From positions 1 to 56,022 of the forward strand of contig CAXUIU010000001.1 in assembly GCA_964250955.1 (NCBI GenBank): a stretch of 56,022 nt of DNA, in the 5' to 3' direction. The translations under genes and the position numbers were made by a program. This document shows, piece after piece, positions 7,704-16,670 of the stretch (position 1 is the first letter of the stretch; every line of letters begins with the position of its first letter). The notes below the pieces were generated by a model. The model ran no database searches. It saw only the letters and a program-made list of their open reading frames with translations, and was not told the DNA's origin. This DNA is from an uncultured Chthoniobacterales bacterium (lineage in GTDB: Bacteria; Verrucomicrobiota; Verrucomicrobiia; Chthoniobacterales; SZAS-18).

Positions 7704-10237
7704 GGCGGGGGGCGGGTCGCCGGGGACGATGAACCATCCGCTACCGGGTTGTGATTCCTATCGCGCCGTGCTGCGACGACGGCTGGACGCTCCTCGGCCA
7801 ACGCGGCGCGAAGATTTTCGATCAGCAGCGACGGGGCGAACGGCTTTTCGATGAAGCCGTCGAGTTCCACCCCGACGAACTGCCGCGCCACGTCCTCCTG
7901 CGTGTAACCCGAACACAGGATCACCGGCAGGGCCGGCCGCCGCGCCTTGATCTGGCGGAAAACCTCCTCACCGCTCAGCTTGGGCATCGTCAGATCGAGC
8001 ACCACGGCGTCGAGTTCGTCCTCGTGGCGGTTGAATTGCTCGATGCCGTCCTCGCCGTCCACGGCCTGCACGGTCGTCACGCCTTCGCCTTCCAGCGCGT
8101 CGGCCATCAGCGTGCGCAAACCTTCTTCGTCGTCCACGATGAGTACGCTCGCGCCGCGCAGTCCCAGCGGCGCGGTTGCTGCGGGCATCGCGTTGTTCGC
8201 AGTTATCACCCGGGCGTGACTGGCCGGGAACAGGAGTGAGAACACCGTGCCCTCACCGAGTTGGCTGAAAATCCGGATGCCGCCCCGGTGCCGCCGCACG
8301 ATCCCGCGCAACGCCGCCAGACCTAGCCCGCGCCCGGTAAATTTCGTCGTGAAGAAAGGGTCGAAAATCTTTGAGAGCGTCTCCGGACTCATGCCGCTGC
8401 CGGTGTCGGCGACTTCCAGACGCACGTAGTCGCCGGCGTCCACTTCCTGGCCGGCGAAGAGTTCCTCCGCCCGGGCAGCGTCAAGAGTTTCGGATTCCGT
8501 GCGGATGACGACCTCGCCGCGGGCGTGTTCACCGATGGCCTCGGAGGCATTGGTTAGAAGATTGAGAACCACTTGGCGAATCTGCGCGGCGTCGGCCTCC
8601 ATGAGGGGCAGGGCAGGATCAAGGTGGTAGACGACACGCACGTTCTTGGGCGTGGAGACGGTCAGAAGCTCGGTCATCTCGGTGATGAGCGCGTTGAGGT
8701 CCACCTCCGCGACCGTGAATTGCCCGCGTCCCGAGTAGGCAAGCATCTGGCGGGTCAACTCGGCCAGGCGCCGCGTGGTGCGCTCGATCTTGTCGAGGTG
8801 CTTGCGCCCGCCGCTGGCGATGCCGCCGGCGAGGAAGGGACCGAGCATCTCGGCGTTGCCCAGGATCGTGGTGAGCAGGTTGTTGAAGTCGTGCGCGATG
8901 CCTCCGGCGAGCACGCCGAGACTTTCAAGCTTCTGGCTCTGGCGAAGCGCTTCCTCGGCCTGCATCCGCGCGGTGATATCCACGACCACGCCGCGACGGC
9001 CGGTCGCGCGGCCGTCGGGACCGATGACGGTGATCATCTCGCGCACCCACAGCGTGCGGCCGTCGGCGGCGACCATGCGGTATTCGGCCGGGTACGTCTG
9101 GCCGGGGCGGGTGGCCTGGCGGGAGATTTCCAGGGCGCGTGCGCGGTCGTCGGGGTGGACGTGGTCGAACCAGCGCGCTGGCGCGGACAGGCGGCGCGCG
9201 GTGTCGATGCCCAGGAGCTTGCGCGCGTAGTCGTTGAGGAAGGTGAACCGCCCCGAGGCCGAGTCACTTTCCCAGATCACGGCGTCGATGCCGTTGACGG
9301 TCTCGCTCAAGCGGCGGCGAGTCTCATCCACGTCAGACGCCAGGCGCCCGGTTTCGTGCAGGGACTGGGTCAGCCGCGCCTGGTGCTGGGTCAGGAGGAA
9401 ACTGGCCACCGCCGTGACCGCCGACGCCAGCAGACCGATGACGAGGATGCGCCACGGCTGCGCGGTGCGCAGGGTCGAGAGGAACAGCGGGGTAGGCCAC
9501 AGCCGCACCCGCCACGCCATGTCGGCCACGGGGACGTGGCGTTCGTCCACAAGCCCGTTGGGAACCGTCGGCGCGCCGCTGCCGCTGGAGGTGGAACGAT
9601 AGGCCACGCGGCCGGTGCGGTCGGAGATTTCCAGGTTCCAGTCCAGCGTGTCGCGGCCGAAAAGGTCGCGCATCCCATCGCCGAGCAGAATCGTGCCGAC
9701 GACCGCTCCTACCGTGACGTTCTCGCGCCGGACCGGCACGACGACCGTGAACGCCTCCCGGCCCCCGGGCAGCTCGAAACTGCCCGTCGCCGCCGGCGCG
9801 TGCGACGCTGTCGCCTTGACGAAGGCGGGCAAGTCGCCCAACCCCGCCAAACTGCGTCCTCCGGTCCCCGGGAACTGCTGCTGCACCGCACCGCGCCCAT
9901 CGGTCAGGGCCACCGACTCGAAGCCCGGTACCTCCGCTGCGGTCCGCGCGACGAAAAGCGCCAGGTCACCACCCCGGCCGTCCTTGGAGGTGGTGGACAG
10001 CACGAAGTTGCCGATCTGCTTGAGGGCGTCGAGCCGCGTCGAGACGAAGTTCTGGAATTGCAAGAGGGCGCTGTCTTCCTGCCGGGCGGTTTCCGCTTCG
10101 AGCAGGAGGCGTTCGGAGTTGCGGCTCCCGACGAACAGGTACGCCGTCACGAGCAGCACCGGGATCGTCGCCACTGCCGCGCGCCAAGCTGCAGGGAGCT
10201 TTTGCCAGAAACCTTGGAGCAATGACCGAGAAACCAT
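7700..10237 (-). CDS. Membrane-bound hybrid sensor histidine kinase (extracytoplasmic sensor, PAS, HisKA, HATPase, REC)
   Basis: Two TM segments flank a Cache/CHASE-like region; PAS (VHPDDR...EYRM); H-box LAGGIAHDFNNLL; N/G boxes (NLLTNA, DTGSGM, FTTKFTGRGLGL); receiver (VDDE, LDLTMP, CSGY, KPF). Start uncertain: 10237 or 10345. Confidence 0.95.
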   Translation of the reverse strand: MVSRSLLQGFWQKLPAAWRAAVATIPVLLVTAYLFVGSRNSERLLLEAETARQEDSALLQFQNFVSTRLDALKQIGNFVLSTTSKDGRGGDLALFVARTAAEVPGFESVALTDGRGAVQQQFPGTGGRSLAGLGDLPAFVKATASHAPAATGSFELPGGREAFTVVVPVRRENVTVGAVVGTILLGDGMRDLFGRDTLDWNLEISDRTGRVAYRSTSSGSGAPTVPNGLVDERHVPVADMAWRVRLWPTPLFLSTLRTAQPWRILVIGLLASAVTAVASFLLTQHQARLTQSLHETGRLASDVDETRRRLSETVNGIDAVIWESDSASGRFTFLNDYARKLLGIDTARRLSAPARWFDHVHPDDRARALEISRQATRPGQTYPAEYRMVAADGRTLWVREMITVIGPDGRATGRRGVVVDITARMQAEEALRQSQKLESLGVLAGGIAHDFNNLLTTILGNAEMLGPFLAGGIASGGRKHLDKIERTTRRLAELTRQMLAYSGRGQFTVAEVDLNALITEMTELLTVSTPKNVRVVYHLDPALPLMEADAAQIRQVVLNLLTNASEAIGEHARGEVVIRTESETLDAARAEELFAGQEVDAGDYVRLEVADTGSGMSPETLSKIFDPFFTTKFTGRGLGLAALRGIVRRHRGGIRIFSQLGEGTVFSLLFPASHARVITANNAMPAATAPLGLRGASVLIVDDEEGLRTLMADALEGEGVTTVQAVDGEDGIEQFNRHEDELDAVVLDLTMPKLSGEEVFRQIKARRPALPVILCSGYTQEDVARQFVGVELDGFIEKPFAPSLLIENLRAALAEERPAVVAARRDRNHNPVADGSSSPATRPPP

Positions 10238-10552
10238 CAGAACCGTTTTACGCACCCTTGTGTTAGAACTCACGTCCGCCGCGGCTTGCACCAGCGAAGC
10301 ACGACCCCGCCGATTTTGGACTTCGCCGTCAAAGAGACTTGTCAATCGTCATCTGTCAGAATTAAATTAACACGGTTCACGCGCTGGTGAAAGCTGCCTT
10401 CACACTGCTGCTCAGGCAGGCGGAGTATTCCCACTCTTTCTGGCTGAGCGACAAGTCGATCCAATTGCCTGCCCTGCCCGGCCTTCCTATTTTCCAGGAT
10501 CATCCGCGCTTCGCCCACTCCCGCTCCCCGGCGATTCGCCGTCGGCCGTTGT

Positions 10553-11374
10553 TCATGGGTGACGCCAGTTGGCACTGACGCGGACGAGCGCGATCAACGC
10601 GTTGAGCAATCCCAGCAGGACAACCGGCCGCCAGCGGTTCGGTCGGCGTGGACGCAGGCTGCCGTCGGCCGGCAGCACCCCGGCCAGCGCGAAGCTCAGG
10701 ACAAACCACGCCGCGTAGTTCTGCCACGGCGGCCAGTCCGAGGGCGGGGGAACCTGGAGCGGGTACCAGAGCCAATACTGCCGCACGTGCCAGGCGACGG
10801 GTTCGAGGTTCAGGTCGGTGAGCACGGCGACGGTGCCCACCCCCGCCGCTAGTGTCAGCCGACTGGCCGCAGGTTGGAGTAACAGCACGAGGTTTCTCCC
10901 GCAGAGGATGACCACGAGCCAGGCCAGAGGGATCGCCGCCGGCACGGTCCCGGCGATCCGCGGGCCGAAGTGCCCGGTGTACACGTACGGCCCGAACGGA
11001 AACCCCGTCCGCGCGCCGACCCACTCGAACACGGTCGAGGCGACCAGTACGACCACCGCCTGTACCCGCGCCGTCGAGAGTCCCTCGCTGCCGACCGCGT
11101 GGAAGTATACCGTCGCGGCAGCCAGGCCCATCCATACGGCGTCAGAAACCTCCAAAATTGCCGCCGCCGCTCCGCCGAACGCGCCTGGACCGAGCCACGC
11201 GCGAGCCTGCACCGGCGTGACGCCCAGCGGCATCACCACGAACCCCACCGCCGTCCACACGAGGAACAGCAGCCACGCCCAGTCGTAGGCGTTGCGCGGG
11301 AAGCGGCGGGCGGCGGGGTTCAACGCCGCTTCCTGTAAACGGCCCGCGGCCCGCCGGCAATCCCGAGGTTGCAA
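10553..11374 (-). CDS. Carotenoid biosynthesis membrane protein (CruF/DUF422-type hydratase)
   Basis: Multi-TM; E..G..TGFPFGPYVYT, IPLAW, DLNLEPVA and PWQNYAAWF motifs. True start probably a little downstream of 11374. Confidence 0.8.
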   Translation of the reverse strand: MQPRDCRRAAGRLQEAALNPAARRFPRNAYDWAWLLFLVWTAVGFVVMPLGVTPVQARAWLGPGAFGGAAAAILEVSDAVWMGLAAATVYFHAVGSEGLSTARVQAVVVLVASTVFEWVGARTGFPFGPYVYTGHFGPRIAGTVPAAIPLAWLVVILCGRNLVLLLQPAASRLTLAAGVGTVAVLTDLNLEPVAWHVRQYWLWYPLQVPPPSDWPPWQNYAAWFVLSFALAGVLPADGSLRPRRPNRWRPVVLLGLLNALIALVRVSANWRHP

Positions 11375-11419
11375 AAGGAGTCGATCCGCTCCACAGAGAA
11401 CACAGGAAACCCTCCGCGC

Positions 11420-12760
11420 ATGAGAACGAGGTTGCTTCTGGTCCTGATCCTGGGTGCACTGCCGCTAGCCGCAAGCGCGTGGACTTCGCAGCCGAAGTCC
11501 AAGCAACCCGAACGCGCTGCCACCGCGCCGGCTTCGCAAAAGCCAATCGCACCGACGCCCACGCTCCGGCCGGGCGAGTGGGCACCCTTCGTGGACCCGG
11601 AGAACCAGATCTTCCCGTCCCTGCTGCTCGCCAGCGCCACGCTCAAGCCGCCTTTGCGCGACAGCGAACCGCCCGACAGCCCCGACGCTAAAACGCGGCC
11701 CGCCAACAAGCCGGCGCCCGTCCCGCCGCCCTCCCAGGAACTGCCCGACATCCTCGGCGACCAGAACGGCCTCGTCGGCGTGACCGTGGTCAGTCCGGCC
11801 GATAACGCTCACGTGCGCGTCGAGGTGCGTGAGAACGCTCTCATGCAGGCCAGCGTGTTGGAAGCCGACCTGCCACAGAAGGGCCGCGAATACCACCTCC
11901 TACCGCACATTGACTACAAGTGGGACGCGCTCAACCGTGTGCGTCAGAGTGTGCCGATCAACTTGACGTTCGCCGTGGAGGCCGACGGTAAGAGCTTGGG
12001 ACAACACTTCCAGACGGCGCGCGTTCACCCGATCAACGACTGTCCCTACGCGTACCAGAACCCCGACGATCCACGCGATTACGTAGACATCTCGTGGATG
12101 TTCGCGGCGTATGTCAACGAGGATCACCCGGCGATCCCGGCCCTACTCAGGGAAGCACAGGAGACGAAGGTGGTCGATGGCTTCGACGCCTACCAGAGCC
12201 ACGATCCGGGGCGCGTGCTGCTCCAGGTGTTCGCGGTGTGGGAAGCCCTACGCCAGCACGGGATCAAGTACAGCGACATCGGTACGACGACGACCGAGAG
12301 CGAGTCGCTCTACACGCTGCACGTGCGCTTCATCGAGGAAGCCCTCGCCGAGTCGCACGCCAACTGTGTGGATGCGAGCGTGCTCATCGCTTCCGTGCTG
12401 CGCCGGATGGGCATCGACACGTTCCTCGTCATGGAGCCGGGGCACATGTACCTGGGCATCTATCTCGACGTGCAGGGGCGGCAGTCCGCCTGCCTGGAGA
12501 CCACGATGCTCGGCGACGACGACCCGCCCAAGTGCAGCGAAAACCACGCCTTGGTCAAGGCCGCCAGCAAGGAGGTGCGCCAACTGAAGGGTTGGCGGGC
12601 GTTCAACGATGCGCTGGATTCGGCGAGCAAGGAGTTCAAGAAGCACCGCAGCCGTTTCGAAAAGGCTAACGATCCGGAGTACGAGGTCGTGGACATCACC
12701 TTCGCGCGGCGTGAGGGCATCGCGCCCATTGGCTACGTGCAGCCGGAGAAGGCGAATTAA
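11420..12760 (+). CDS. Secreted protein with transglutaminase/papain-like catalytic motifs
   Basis: Signal peptide MRTRLLLVLILGALPLAASA, Pro-rich linker, then NCVDASVL...GHMYLGI...LETT. Confidence 0.7.
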   Translation: MRTRLLLVLILGALPLAASAWTSQPKSKQPERAATAPASQKPIAPTPTLRPGEWAPFVDPENQIFPSLLLASATLKPPLRDSEPPDSPDAKTRPANKPAPVPPPSQELPDILGDQNGLVGVTVVSPADNAHVRVEVRENALMQASVLEADLPQKGREYHLLPHIDYKWDALNRVRQSVPINLTFAVEADGKSLGQHFQTARVHPINDCPYAYQNPDDPRDYVDISWMFAAYVNEDHPAIPALLREAQETKVVDGFDAYQSHDPGRVLLQVFAVWEALRQHGIKYSDIGTTTTESESLYTLHVRFIEEALAESHANCVDASVLIASVLRRMGIDTFLVMEPGHMYLGIYLDVQGRQSACLETTMLGDDDPPKCSENHALVKAASKEVRQLKGWRAFNDALDSASKEFKKHRSRFEKANDPEYEVVDITFARREGIAPIGYVQPEKAN

Positions 12761-12767
12761 GGCGCTC

Positions 12768-14237
12768 TCAGCGCCCGCGCACCCGCCGCAGGATCTTGTC
12801 GGCCACGGTCTGCCCGCTTAGGCAGACCAGCGGCAACCCGCCCCCGGGATGGGTCGAGCCGCCCACGAAATAAAAATCCTTCAGCCCACGCGGTTGGATC
12901 GCCGGACGTTGGAACGCCGCGCCGATCCCGTGGCTCGCCAGACCGTACAGGCTGCCGGCCTGGGCGAGATAGCGCGTCTGGAAATCCGCTGGCGTGAAGT
13001 GCCGCCGCACCCGGATTGCGTCGCGCAGGCCCGCCAGGTCGAAGCGCGTCTCCAGCCGCTCGATGATCCGGTCGCCGTAGTGCCCGGCCCGCCCAGACCA
13101 GTCCACACGGCCATCGGCGGTGAGCGCCGGGGCGTTGACGAGCACGAACCAGTTCTCCCCGCCCGGCGGCGCGCGGTCGGGATCGTCCTTGGAATGAACG
13201 GCGACGTAGATCGTCGGTTCATCGGCCGGGCGGCGGTCCGCGAAAAGCTGGCGGAACTCGCCCGGGTAGTCGTCCGAGAAAAAGATGTTGTGGTGCGACA
13301 ACTCCGGGTAAGTCTTCGCCACGCCGAGGTACATCACGAAGCCCGAGATCGACGGATCGGCCTTCGGCGGCGCGGGCGGCGGACGACCGGGCAAGAACCG
13401 CGGGTACGCGCTGAGCACGTCCTGGTTGCAGACGACCGAGTCGAAGGGGCCGGTGCGCTCGTTGTCTGTTTGGAGATGGTAGCCGCCGATGCCGCCGAGC
13501 GCCTGCACCTCACAGCCGGTGAGAATCCGCACGCCGAGGTCGCGGCAGATGCGTTCGAGCGCGCGGGCGAGGTTGTACATGCCCCCTTTGATGTACCAGC
13601 CGCCGAACTTAGCCTCGACGTAGGCGATGATGTTAAAGGCGGCCGGCGTCAGGTACGGCGACGAGCCGTTGTAGGTGGCGAACCGGTCGAAAAGCTGGAC
13701 AAGGTGCGGGTCGCGCCCGAAGAACCGCTGCACGGTCGCATCCATCGTGCGGAAGGAGGCGATCTTGGGCAGGTGGCGCAGCTTGGGGACGTTGCGCCAG
13801 CGCAGTTGCCGCCACCATTCGTCGAGCGGGTGGTGGAGGAAGGCGTCGGCGCTCAGGTCGTACAACCCGCGCGCGTAGCGGAGGAAACGCGCCACGTCGG
13901 GCCGTTCCCAGAAGGCGGCGTCCTCGTCGATGACTGTGCCGTCCGTCCAGCGGTAGCGGCAAGTAACAGGCAAGGGCACGAGCGTCAGATCGTCTTCCAA
14001 TTTGCGGCCGAGCCGCTGCCAGAGGTTCTCGAAGACGTAGGGCATCGTCAGCAGGCTCGGACCCGTGTCCCAGTTGTAGCCGTCCGCTTCGAGCCAGTTG
14101 AGCTTGCCGCCGACGCGTTCGTTCTTCTCGAACACGGTCACCGACAACCCGGCGTGGGCCAAGAGCGCGGCGCATGTCAGACCGCCTACGCCGGCGCCGA
14201 CGACGGCGACGCGACCCTTGTGCCCGGCCGGGTTCAA
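12768..14237 (-). CDS. Phytoene desaturase-family FAD oxidoreductase (CrtI/CrtN/CrtP/CrtD-like)
   Basis: VVGAGVGGL FAD motif, DTGPSLLTMP, HHNIFFS, YFVGGSTHPGGGLP. Confidence 0.92.
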   Translation of the reverse strand: MNPAGHKGRVAVVGAGVGGLTCAALLAHAGLSVTVFEKNERVGGKLNWLEADGYNWDTGPSLLTMPYVFENLWQRLGRKLEDDLTLVPLPVTCRYRWTDGTVIDEDAAFWERPDVARFLRYARGLYDLSADAFLHHPLDEWWRQLRWRNVPKLRHLPKIASFRTMDATVQRFFGRDPHLVQLFDRFATYNGSSPYLTPAAFNIIAYVEAKFGGWYIKGGMYNLARALERICRDLGVRILTGCEVQALGGIGGYHLQTDNERTGPFDSVVCNQDVLSAYPRFLPGRPPPAPPKADPSISGFVMYLGVAKTYPELSHHNIFFSDDYPGEFRQLFADRRPADEPTIYVAVHSKDDPDRAPPGGENWFVLVNAPALTADGRVDWSGRAGHYGDRIIERLETRFDLAGLRDAIRVRRHFTPADFQTRYLAQAGSLYGLASHGIGAAFQRPAIQPRGLKDFYFVGGSTHPGGGLPLVCLSGQTVADKILRRVRGR

Positions 14238-15289
14238 GCGACGGCCTCCGGGGTGCGTTCGCGGATGCGCGTAATGGCCCAGCGGGCGTGTTCAGCGACC
14301 AGTTCCTCCTCCTGCACGGCGGCGCGGGCGAGCGCGGGGAGATCGTCGGCCGTGCCGACGTTGCCGAGCGCCACGCAGACGTTGCGCAGGAGCCCGCGCC
14401 GCTTGGTGCGCTTGATCGGCGAACCGCGGAACGCCACGCGGAAGTCCTCCTCGCTCATGGCCAGGAAGTCACGCAACGCCAGCCCCGCCGTCGCCGGCCG
14501 CGCCTGGAACGTCGCTTCACGGCTCTCCTGTGCGAAGCGGTTCCACGGGCACGCGTCGAGGCAGTCGTCGCATCCGTAGATGCGCCCGCCCATCGCCTCG
14601 CGGAGTTCGGGCGGGATCGATCCTTTGTGTTCGATGGTGAGATAGGAAACACAGAGCCGCGCATCGAGTTGGTACGGTCGGTCGCGGCGAATAGCTCCCG
14701 TCGGGCAGGCGTCGAGGCAGCGCGTGCAGGTGCCGCAACGGTGCCGGACAGGTTCGTCGGGCGGCAGGTCGAGGGTGGTCAGGAGTTCGGCGAGGAAGTA
14801 CCAGGTGCCGAGTTGGGGGTGAAGGAGCATCGTGCTCTTGCCCTGCCAGCCCGCCCCGGCCGCCGCGGCAAAGTCGCGCTCCAGGACCGGGCCGGTGTCC
14901 ACGTAATAGCGTTGCCGTCCGCCGACACCCTCCATCCATGCGTCGAGCGCGCGTAGCTTTTCCTGGATCAGGTCGTGGTAGTCATCGCCCCACGCGTAGC
15001 GGGCGATCCGTCCGGCTTCCGGGCGTGCCTGCGCGGGCGTGCGGGACCCCTGCCAGTAGTTCATCGCCAGGACAACCACCGAGCGCGCTCCCGGGAGGAC
15101 CGCCTGCGGGTCACCGCGCTTGACCCGGCCGCGTTCGAGCCACGGCGACATCTCGCCGGCCATCCCCGCGTCAAGCCAGCGGCCGAACGCCTCCCCGTGC
15201 TGCGGCGGGTCGCAACGCGCTACGCGGCACAACGCGAAGCCGAGTGCGCGCGCCCGGGCGGCGAGAGAAGATTTTACGTCAGCGTCCAC
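14234..15289 (-). CDS. queG: Epoxyqueuosine reductase
   Basis: ARYAWGDDYH, YVDTGPVLER, GWQGKS, CGTCTRCLDACPTGA, CVSYLTIE, GCDDCLDACPWN. Confidence 0.96.
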   Translation of the reverse strand: MDADVKSSLAARARALGFALCRVARCDPPQHGEAFGRWLDAGMAGEMSPWLERGRVKRGDPQAVLPGARSVVVLAMNYWQGSRTPAQARPEAGRIARYAWGDDYHDLIQEKLRALDAWMEGVGGRQRYYVDTGPVLERDFAAAAGAGWQGKSTMLLHPQLGTWYFLAELLTTLDLPPDEPVRHRCGTCTRCLDACPTGAIRRDRPYQLDARLCVSYLTIEHKGSIPPELREAMGGRIYGCDDCLDACPWNRFAQESREATFQARPATAGLALRDFLAMSEEDFRVAFRGSPIKRTKRRGLLRNVCVALGNVGTADDLPALARAAVQEEELVAEHARWAITRIRERTPEAVA

Positions 15290-15298
15290 GATCCTAAT

Positions 15299-15847
15299 CT
15301 ACGCGCTGAGCGAGTCGGCCGCCGTGAAAAACGTGCGGGTTTGGCCGAGCACGGCCTCGGCAATCTGCGCGTGACTGCCGGCGCTGGTGTCCACGGTGAC
15401 GTGTGCGCAGGCTTCGTAGAACGGGCGGCGACGTTCCAGGAGGGTGTGCAACGTCGCGCGAGGGTCGGCGGTTTGCAGGAGCGGACGACGGTCGTTGCGC
15501 GACACGCGTGCGAAGAGCACATCCTCGTCTGCAGTCAGCCATACGACGCAGCCGAGGTCACGCAGGAGGGGGACGTTTTCCGGCCGGGTGACGATCCCGC
15601 CGCCGGTAGCAACCACCAGCCGGCAACTGCCGGCCAGCGAGGCCAGGGCGGCGGTTTCCAACTCTCGGAAATGCTCCTCGCCATGGGCGGCGAAGATTTC
15701 TGTGATCGGTACACCCGCCTGTTGGACCACGAGGCGGTCAGTGTCCACCCAGCGCCGGTGGGTGAGGCGGGAGAGTTCCCTGGCGACCGAACTTTTGCCC
15801 GCGCCCATCGGGCCGACGAGCACGAGGTTATCCGCCGACACGCTCAC
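15299..15847 (-). CDS. aroK: Shikimate kinase
   Basis: LVGPMGAGKS P-loop, DTD, GEEHFRELE, VATGGG, RPLL. Confidence 0.96.
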   Translation of the reverse strand: MSVSADNLVLVGPMGAGKSSVARELSRLTHRRWVDTDRLVVQQAGVPITEIFAAHGEEHFRELETAALASLAGSCRLVVATGGGIVTRPENVPLLRDLGCVVWLTADEDVLFARVSRNDRRPLLQTADPRATLHTLLERRRPFYEACAHVTVDTSAGSHAQIAEAVLGQTRTFFTAADSLSA

Positions 15848-15871
15848 GGGACGGCGGGACCGGGCACCGGA

Positions 15872-16081
15872 TCACGCCGCGACGCGGGTGACGTTGCGCG
15901 CCTTGGAACCCTTCTCGTCGGTGTAGAGTTCATATTCGACTTGATCGCCCTCCTGCAACGTCTTAAAGCCTTCGGTCTGGATTGCCGAAAAGTGGACGAA
16001 GATATCCCCCGCCACTTCCGGGTCCACGATGAATCCGAATCCCTTCTTCTCATTGAACCACTTCACGGTGCCTTTGGCCAT
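15872..16081 (-). CDS. Cold-shock protein (CspA family)
   Basis: [18 protein letters not shown]...[20 protein letters not shown] (RNP1/RNP2); 69 aa from ATG at 16081, with an alternative start at 16102. Confidence 0.97.
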   Translation of the reverse strand: MAKGTVKWFNEKKGFGFIVDPEVAGDIFVHFSAIQTEGFKTLQEGDQVEYELYTDEKGSKARNVTRVAA

Positions 16082-16181
16082 AGTGAGCTTGCTGTTTTCC
16101 ATACGGTTCGCGATGTTGTTGTCAGGTACGCCGACGCGGACGCGACAGATGCGCGCGGTGCGTGCGTAGGGAGAAGGATTT

Positions 16182-16670
16182 ATGGCGGAGAGGAAAAGCG
16201 ATGTTTTGCCGGTGCTGCTCGCGGCCCGGGACGCGCCGGGCTGGGAGGCGCTGCGGCCGACGCGCGAGATGCTCGCCGTCTTCGGTGTCCCGTGGATCGA
16301 GGCGGACGGGATCGAGTCGTCAGACCCGGCAGGCGTGTCGGCGGTGATCGTCGCTGCGGCGGATGCGACGTTGCCCGGGAAGTTCGCCGAGGCCACGCAG
16401 CGGCCGGTGGTGCGGGTGCCGATCCCGGAAGGCGACCTTGCGGGGCTGGCGCTGTTGCACGATCCGGCGACGGGCGATTTGCCGGCGGCGGACGGTGCAC
16501 CATTTGCCACGGTCGCCATCGGGGAAGCGGGAGCCAAGAACGCCGCGTTGTTCGTGGTGTCGGTCCTCGCCTTGGAGGACCCGCGGCTCTGGGCGGAGTG
16601 GCTCGCGTTTCGCCAGCGTCAGACCGACGCCGTCCTCGCCGCACGGCCGTTGTCCACGCGCCAGCCGTGA
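16182..16670 (+). CDS. PurE (AIR carboxylase/N5-CAIR mutase)-fold protein with degenerate active site
   Basis: The C-terminal half matches PurE (LPG..A..T..PV..VP; [15 protein letters not shown]; L..F R..QT..VL). The MGSxSD, SAHR, AGAGGAAH and SIVQMP motifs are missing. Confidence 0.75.
   Translation: MAERKSDVLPVLLAARDAPGWEALRPTREMLAVFGVPWIEADGIESSDPAGVSAVIVAAADATLPGKFAEATQRPVVRVPIPEGDLAGLALLHDPATGDLPAADGAPFATVAIGEAGAKNAALFVVSVLALEDPRLWAEWLAFRQRQTDAVLAARPLSTRQP

Noticed and set aside
10238-10552. 315-nt intergenic region with gtgaa-N7-ttcac and an AT-rich patch; riboswitch or second Rex site considered
   Set aside because: The spacing does not fit Rex or CRP and no riboswitch consensus was recognised. 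It is probably just the kinase promoter.
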